Below, one piece after another: positions 58,337-64,000 of a DNA stretch of 64,000 bases. Source of the DNA: Phycisphaeraceae bacterium (GTDB taxonomy: Bacteria; Planctomycetota; Phycisphaerae; Phycisphaerales; Phycisphaeraceae). Below the pieces are notes generated by a model, which saw nothing but the letters and a program-made list of their open reading frames with translations, searched no databases and had not been told where the DNA came from. The position numbers were made by a program, and so were the translations under genes. Within the stretch, counting starts at the first letter, position 1; each line of letters begins with the position of its first letter. The stretch is from NCBI GenBank assembly GCA_963674705.1, contig OY771506.1:192001-256000 (forward strand), in the 5' to 3' direction.

Positions 58337-60076
58337 TCACTCGACCTTGTACGGTGGGTTAAACGACTGGTTCGACTCGTTACCCACGCGGTAGGCGGTC
58401 AGCGTCGCCGGCTTCGTAACGCTGAAGTAGAAGTAGAACTGATCATCATCACCCATCTGGCTGATCGGCGTCTGGCTGGCGCTTTGGATCGGTTCGTAGT
58501 CATTAAAATAGATTTCCTGATCGCCGTTTTCCTTCCTCCAGACCCACGCGGTGGGACGCCACACGTTCCCGTTCGAGTCTTCCAGGAATATCGGGTTCAG
58601 CGCCTTGGCCGACGCTATACCACTGCCGAAGATCGATCGGGTCTGCTCGCCCTTGACCTCGATCTGAATCATGGCATCTTGAGGTGGTATATCGAAGCCA
58701 ATGATCTTGTTGCGTGCACCGACATTCCCGCCCGGCTTACGGGCCGAGCCCTTACTGCCTCGTGTGATCAAGGCACCGCTTTCGGAGTCCGTGGTAGAAA
58801 GACCGCTGATCGTGTTCTTGCTAGCGGTTGCCGGCAGGCGGTTGGTCTCTTTCAGAGCCAGTGCATAACTGCCCACCAGGATGCTGTCCGCATCACTGAT
58901 CTGCGTTGCACCTTGATCGCGATCCGGCCTCTCAGCGCTTTCACTCACATCACCTTCTTCGGCTTCCGGTTCCGGAGCCTTCGGCTGGCCAAGTGCATCC
59001 AGCAGCTCGTTGGCATTGCTCTTGATCTGACCCTGGTCGGGCATATCCAGACGCAACATGCGGATCTGCGGGAACTGTGGCTCATATCCCGGCTCAACCA
59101 GGAACACGAAACCAAACGTACTGTTGGGCGCCTGCGAGAACGCCATCTGTGAGCCCGAGTCATACGGGTAGAACGTACGCACGCCGCTGCTGCCCATCGG
59201 CTTGGAAAAACCGATCGGCCCCACCGTTTTCACATCCTTGACACCCTTTTCCTTCGACTGGACGATCAGACGCACCTGCGAGGAAGGCAAACGTAACGCA
59301 CGGTCACCATCGACCGTGTTTTTAACCACTGACCACTCGGTATCGACGATCACCATTTTCATCCCCGGCTGGTTGAACCGGGAACCGAGCACCTCCGCCA
59401 TATCAGGCGTCAGGCTATCGACCAGGTTGGATGTATCCGCGATGTACGCATTCGTCACTTTCACCGCATCCGGCGACGCCACGATGGAGACAAAGTCAGG
59501 GCGAACGCGGACCAGTGACATCTGAACATCCAGTTCAGGCTTGTACAGTGCCATCGGGGTCTTGGTGGAGAAAGCACCGCGAGACAGGCCGCTGTAGAAG
59601 TTGGCGGCGATCGAATTCACCGGCACCCACAGCTTGCTGCCCGTGTCCTGGATCACGCCACCGGCCGCGACCGTGTAAGGCGCATACCCACCCAGGTTCG
59701 GGGTGAACGGCAGGAAACCTATCGCGATCACAAAAATCCCCGCGGTCAGCATCCCGCTGAGTAAGCCGCAGCCCCCGCCCAAAACCAGGTTCATCACCCC
59801 GGCAAACTGCGCGTTGGCCGGCACCAGCTTGTCCGACACCATTCGCAACACAAGCAGCAACACACCGAACGGCAGCAGCAGGCCAAGCGTCCAGGCGAAC
59901 AGCGGCACGTACTTGATCAGGAGCATGAGCGTCAGCGGCTCCCACAAGGCAAAGGCCAGTGTCCCCGCCACGATCACCACCATCAGGTGCAGAAACGATG
60001 AGAACAAGCCCTGCACCGTTCCCATGTAGATCATGGCCAGGATAAACAGAAGTACAACGATATTGGTAATAGGCAT
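58337..60076 (-). CDS. CvpA-family membrane protein with large C-terminal extracytoplasmic region
   Basis: G..QGLF...; 'GG..GL..G' CvpA-like TMs, then ~450 aa soluble region. Confidence 0.65.
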   Translation of the reverse strand: MPITNIVVLLFILAMIYMGTVQGLFSSFLHLMVVIVAGTLAFALWEPLTLMLLIKYVPLFAWTLGLLLPFGVLLLVLRMVSDKLVPANAQFAGVMNLVLGGGCGLLSGMLTAGIFVIAIGFLPFTPNLGGYAPYTVAAGGVIQDTGSKLWVPVNSIAANFYSGLSRGAFSTKTPMALYKPELDVQMSLVRVRPDFVSIVASPDAVKVTNAYIADTSNLVDSLTPDMAEVLGSRFNQPGMKMVIVDTEWSVVKNTVDGDRALRLPSSQVRLIVQSKEKGVKDVKTVGPIGFSKPMGSSGVRTFYPYDSGSQMAFSQAPNSTFGFVFLVEPGYEPQFPQIRMLRLDMPDQGQIKSNANELLDALGQPKAPEPEAEEGDVSESAERPDRDQGATQISDADSILVGSYALALKETNRLPATASKNTISGLSTTDSESGALITRGSKGSARKPGGNVGARNKIIGFDIPPQDAMIQIEVKGEQTRSIFGSGIASAKALNPIFLEDSNGNVWRPTAWVWRKENGDQEIYFNDYEPIQSASQTPISQMGDDDQFYFYFSVTKPATLTAYRVGNESNQSFNPPYKVE

Positions 60077-60121
60077 CGTGAATGATCCTCAACAGCGATG
60101 GGCTTGACCCGGTCCGCTGGT

Positions 60122-61786
60122 TTATTTGTCACTTGAACGGCGCTTGCTGCGGCCCCCACCACTCTTCTTCGACAGCGCCCGAGTGACTTCCTTGATGTCG
60201 GTGACGCCTTCCACAACCTTCGCGAGCGCCGCTTCCTGCAACCACAGCATCTTCGAGCGACGCAAGTGAGCGCGGAGCTTATCATCCTCGCCCGCCGCAA
60301 TGTACTGCCTGGCCTGGTCGTCAAGCACCATGACCTCGAACACAGCGGTACGACCACGGTAACCAAGCCCCATACAGTCGGGGCACGGCTCGGGTTTGTT
60401 CTTCACCATCACCTGACCGGAAGCATGATAAAGCTGCTCGACCTTGCTCGGCAGGTTGAACTTCTTCAACGCCGCCGGATCGGGCACGAACGGTGTGCGG
60501 CAGGTATAGCACAGTCGCCGGATCAAGCGTTGCGAGATCGCGGCCGTGATGGACTTCGCTGCCAGCTTACGGTCACCGACCGCCTTGACCCACAGCTTGA
60601 CCGCCATGAACGTGTCGTCCGCTTCCATCGGCAGGTAGATACGCGCCTCGGCCGAACCGCGAGCGGCGTGGGCCGGGGTCTTGGCGTCGGCGAAACGAGA
60701 AAGCAACAAGACCTGCGGGTCGGCACGGATAATCGCCTGAAGTTTCTCGTTGAACTTCTCCGGCGTCATGCTTTCCTCAAGCTTGTTGTGGTGGACGCCT
60801 TCCAACTCCCAGGCGACTTCCTCTTCCATCGTCACGACACTGCTGGTGTAAGGGTCGTGCTCACTGAGGATGCTGTAGAGCGTGGTCGTCGTACCCTGTC
60901 CCGGGGGCGAAGCGATCAGTGTCACACCACCGACCGTCGAAAGCAGCTCGCGCACCTTCTTGAGCTGAGGCTCCATGAAGCCCAATTGTTCCAGCGGCAT
61001 CTGCGTTCGCAGGTCCGGATCGATGTTGATGATCATGCTCAGTCCGCGGGTCGAACCCGACGTCGCCAGGTCCATCGTGTGCCGACCGAGTTCACCGGCA
61101 TCAACCTTCAATAGACCCGACTGCTTCTTGCGGCGCTCAGCCAGGTCCATCCCCGCCGACATCTTCAGGTACTCCACCAGACGCATCGCCAGCGCCGGCT
61201 CGATCCCTTCCGACTGCGGGTAAGACACACCGTCGATACGCGTGACGATCGCCGCTTTGGACGGCTCGACAACCACATCGATTCGGTCGGCGTTACGCGG
61301 GAAGGCGAAGTCCAGCAGGTTCTCCAGCAGATGGTGTGCCTCGGAGTTTGGATCATCACGACTGGGTACAGGCAGACGCGTCTCGTCCTTCTTCATCAGA
61401 ATGACGGCCGCGTGCTTCTGTGCCGACGCTTTATTCTTGTTACTGATCGCGTCCTTAATGAACTGCAGCGAGACTTCCCACTTGGCGGGCGGCGGCACTT
61501 CATTGTTTCGGTAATAGATATAACCGAACGACACACCCGCCAGGATCATCAGCGCAAGCGGCAAGCCGATGAAGAAGAACGGGATCAGCAGCAGCAGGCC
61601 GAACGCCAAGACCGCGCTGGCAAGATGCCCTGTATTCCAGAGTTTGCGTTTGAGGTAAAAACGTTCAGCATCCTTATCCAGGTTGCTGACTACCCAACCC
61701 CACCCGATGACGAGAGCCAAGAACAAAATCGGCTTGAACAAGCTCATCAGGAAGGCGGGTTCGGCCGATGCGATCACGTATGTCAT
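60122..61786 (-). CDS. Membrane-anchored GspE/PilB-like protein with degenerate ATPase motifs
   Basis: 3 N-terminal TMs; RIDG; QRLIRRLC..C...C..C..GY.GRT.VFE; Walker A reads SPPGQGTT. Confidence 0.82.
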   Translation of the reverse strand: MTYVIASAEPAFLMSLFKPILFLALVIGWGWVVSNLDKDAERFYLKRKLWNTGHLASAVLAFGLLLLIPFFFIGLPLALMILAGVSFGYIYYRNNEVPPPAKWEVSLQFIKDAISNKNKASAQKHAAVILMKKDETRLPVPSRDDPNSEAHHLLENLLDFAFPRNADRIDVVVEPSKAAIVTRIDGVSYPQSEGIEPALAMRLVEYLKMSAGMDLAERRKKQSGLLKVDAGELGRHTMDLATSGSTRGLSMIINIDPDLRTQMPLEQLGFMEPQLKKVRELLSTVGGVTLIASPPGQGTTTTLYSILSEHDPYTSSVVTMEEEVAWELEGVHHNKLEESMTPEKFNEKLQAIIRADPQVLLLSRFADAKTPAHAARGSAEARIYLPMEADDTFMAVKLWVKAVGDRKLAAKSITAAISQRLIRRLCYTCRTPFVPDPAALKKFNLPSKVEQLYHASGQVMVKNKPEPCPDCMGLGYRGRTAVFEVMVLDDQARQYIAAGEDDKLRAHLRRSKMLWLQEAALAKVVEGVTDIKEVTRALSKKSGGGRSKRRSSDK

Positions 61787-61955
61787 GGTCTGTTTCACTG
61801 GTTCCGGGCGGTGGCCCCGGGGGTGTAAAGTTTGGATCGGCCGGGTCCGGCATACCGACGCGGGCCAGTCCCGACGGCCCGGTCCTCTGTTCGGGCCTGA
61901 TTCATCATAACCCCGGATGGCCTCAACGTTAAACCAGAGCCCACCCGGGCCCCGG

Positions 61956-63107
<1,152 letters not shown>

Positions 63108-63829
63108 GACAGCTCCTATTTCGCTCAAATGAATTCAAGATGACATCACACGGTCGGTCCGGCCGCGCCACACAAATCCCCCGGTAGCAGGTTCTTGCGT
63201 TGAGCCCCACTCCGTCGAGGCATAGCAGAATCGCATTTTAACCCATGACTTGCCGCCTTGCACGGCTGACCTTTGATAAAACCCATGGGCATGAATCTGA
63301 GCACATCAGGCCCGCAGCCCTATAACCTCTTAGCCCACTTCATGTGCCGCAAGATTACTCGATGAATGAACACTTGTACGGCCCCCCATTTCGATGCTTG
63401 ATCATAATGTCTTTATTATAAAAATATTTATAGACGCTCCAGTTGTGCACCGTGTACGAATTTACAGTTGAAATAAGCACTGCAGTCGATATATTGAGAC
63501 TAGCATATCAGTTTATTGAGCGAGCAGGCAGCGCAGTTGCTGCCAACGGAGGGGGAGGGCAGCCGTGTTCACCGTATCACCAGCACAATCTTCAAAGCAC
63601 CACGACGGTGTCTGCTGCGCGGACCGACCACCTCCCAAGACAATCAAACCGATCAGAAATTATCTGTAGCGGGCGATGACCTGCTCACGCGCGCGTTTAC
63701 ACACGAACCATTGTGAAATTGGGACACAAACTCAAAGACACCATCACAACTCATCTGACAATTCATCGTTCGTTGTTGAGGGAAGAAAGCTTGACAACAT
63801 TCATTCAACCAGTGCCTGGAGCAAACACG

Positions 63830-64000
63830 ATGTCAGAATCTCACCGCCGAACAAACCTTCCGAAATTGATCTTAAGGCTTGCAGCCTTTTTCGGTATTGT
63901 GGCTTGCTGTAGCAATGCAAACGCAGTGATTTATGAATATGTAGACGGCACCTTCGGCGGGCAGCGCGGCGCGGGAATGATCTTCGCCGGCATGGTCGAT
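63830..64000 (+). CDS. Secreted protein, 5' portion only (not in the ORF track)
   Basis: GGAG SD; MSESHRRTNLPKLILRLAAFFGIVACCSNANA|VIYEY... signal peptide; frame open to the window end. Confidence 0.6.
   Translation, partial: MSESHRRTNLPKLILRLAAFFGIVACCSNANAVIYEYVDGTFGGQRGAGMIFAGMVD

Noticed and set aside
63700..63785. c-di-GMP-I riboswitch (AACCATT-GTGA-AATTGGGACACAAA resembles the P2 region)
   Set aside because: Ligand-contacting and P2-base nucleotides, the tetraloop receptor and P1 do not match by eye; an Rfam scan would be decisive.
63443..63912. Small ORFs 63443-63679, 63516-63716 and 63676-63912
   Set aside because: No SD, non-ATG or weak starts, mutually overlapping, and no protein-like motifs.

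Overview
GC-rich bacterial window, most likely Planctomycetota (Phycisphaerae-like). This is inferred from PEP-CTERM/dockerin-like proteins, an H-X9-DG prepilin-like protein and many pilin paralogs. Contents, left to right: (1) two paralogous PEP-CTERM surface proteins flanking aroC, then dtd. (2) A ~15 kb type IV pilus/MSHA-like locus (histidine kinase, STAS, MshEN-PilB, PilC, PilMNO, MshK-like, 3 major and 4 minor pilins; no secretin) convergent with a receiver + HD-GYP pair. Both units start at a TCAG-N15-GCCGAT sigma28-like motif. (3) An amino-sugar operon (ROK, NagB-PIG-L fusion, NagB, Pta, AckA, DUF4954-like, atypical ACP), followed by a DHS-like gene and gmhA. (4) sucA-sucB-lpdA, whose spacers are filled by a repeated composite (CGGGTAT)n element. 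(5) A surface-glycan locus with five sulfotransferases, two GT4s, a polymerase/ligase, a flippase, a priming transferase, Wzz-like and GT-C genes. (6) murD, a CvpA-like gene, a degenerate membrane-anchored GspE-like protein and pilT. Many spacers, and three genes, contain 7-9-mer tandem repeats or palindromic elements. No rRNA, tRNA, CRISPR array or transposase was seen. All calls come from motif reading by eye; no database search was run.
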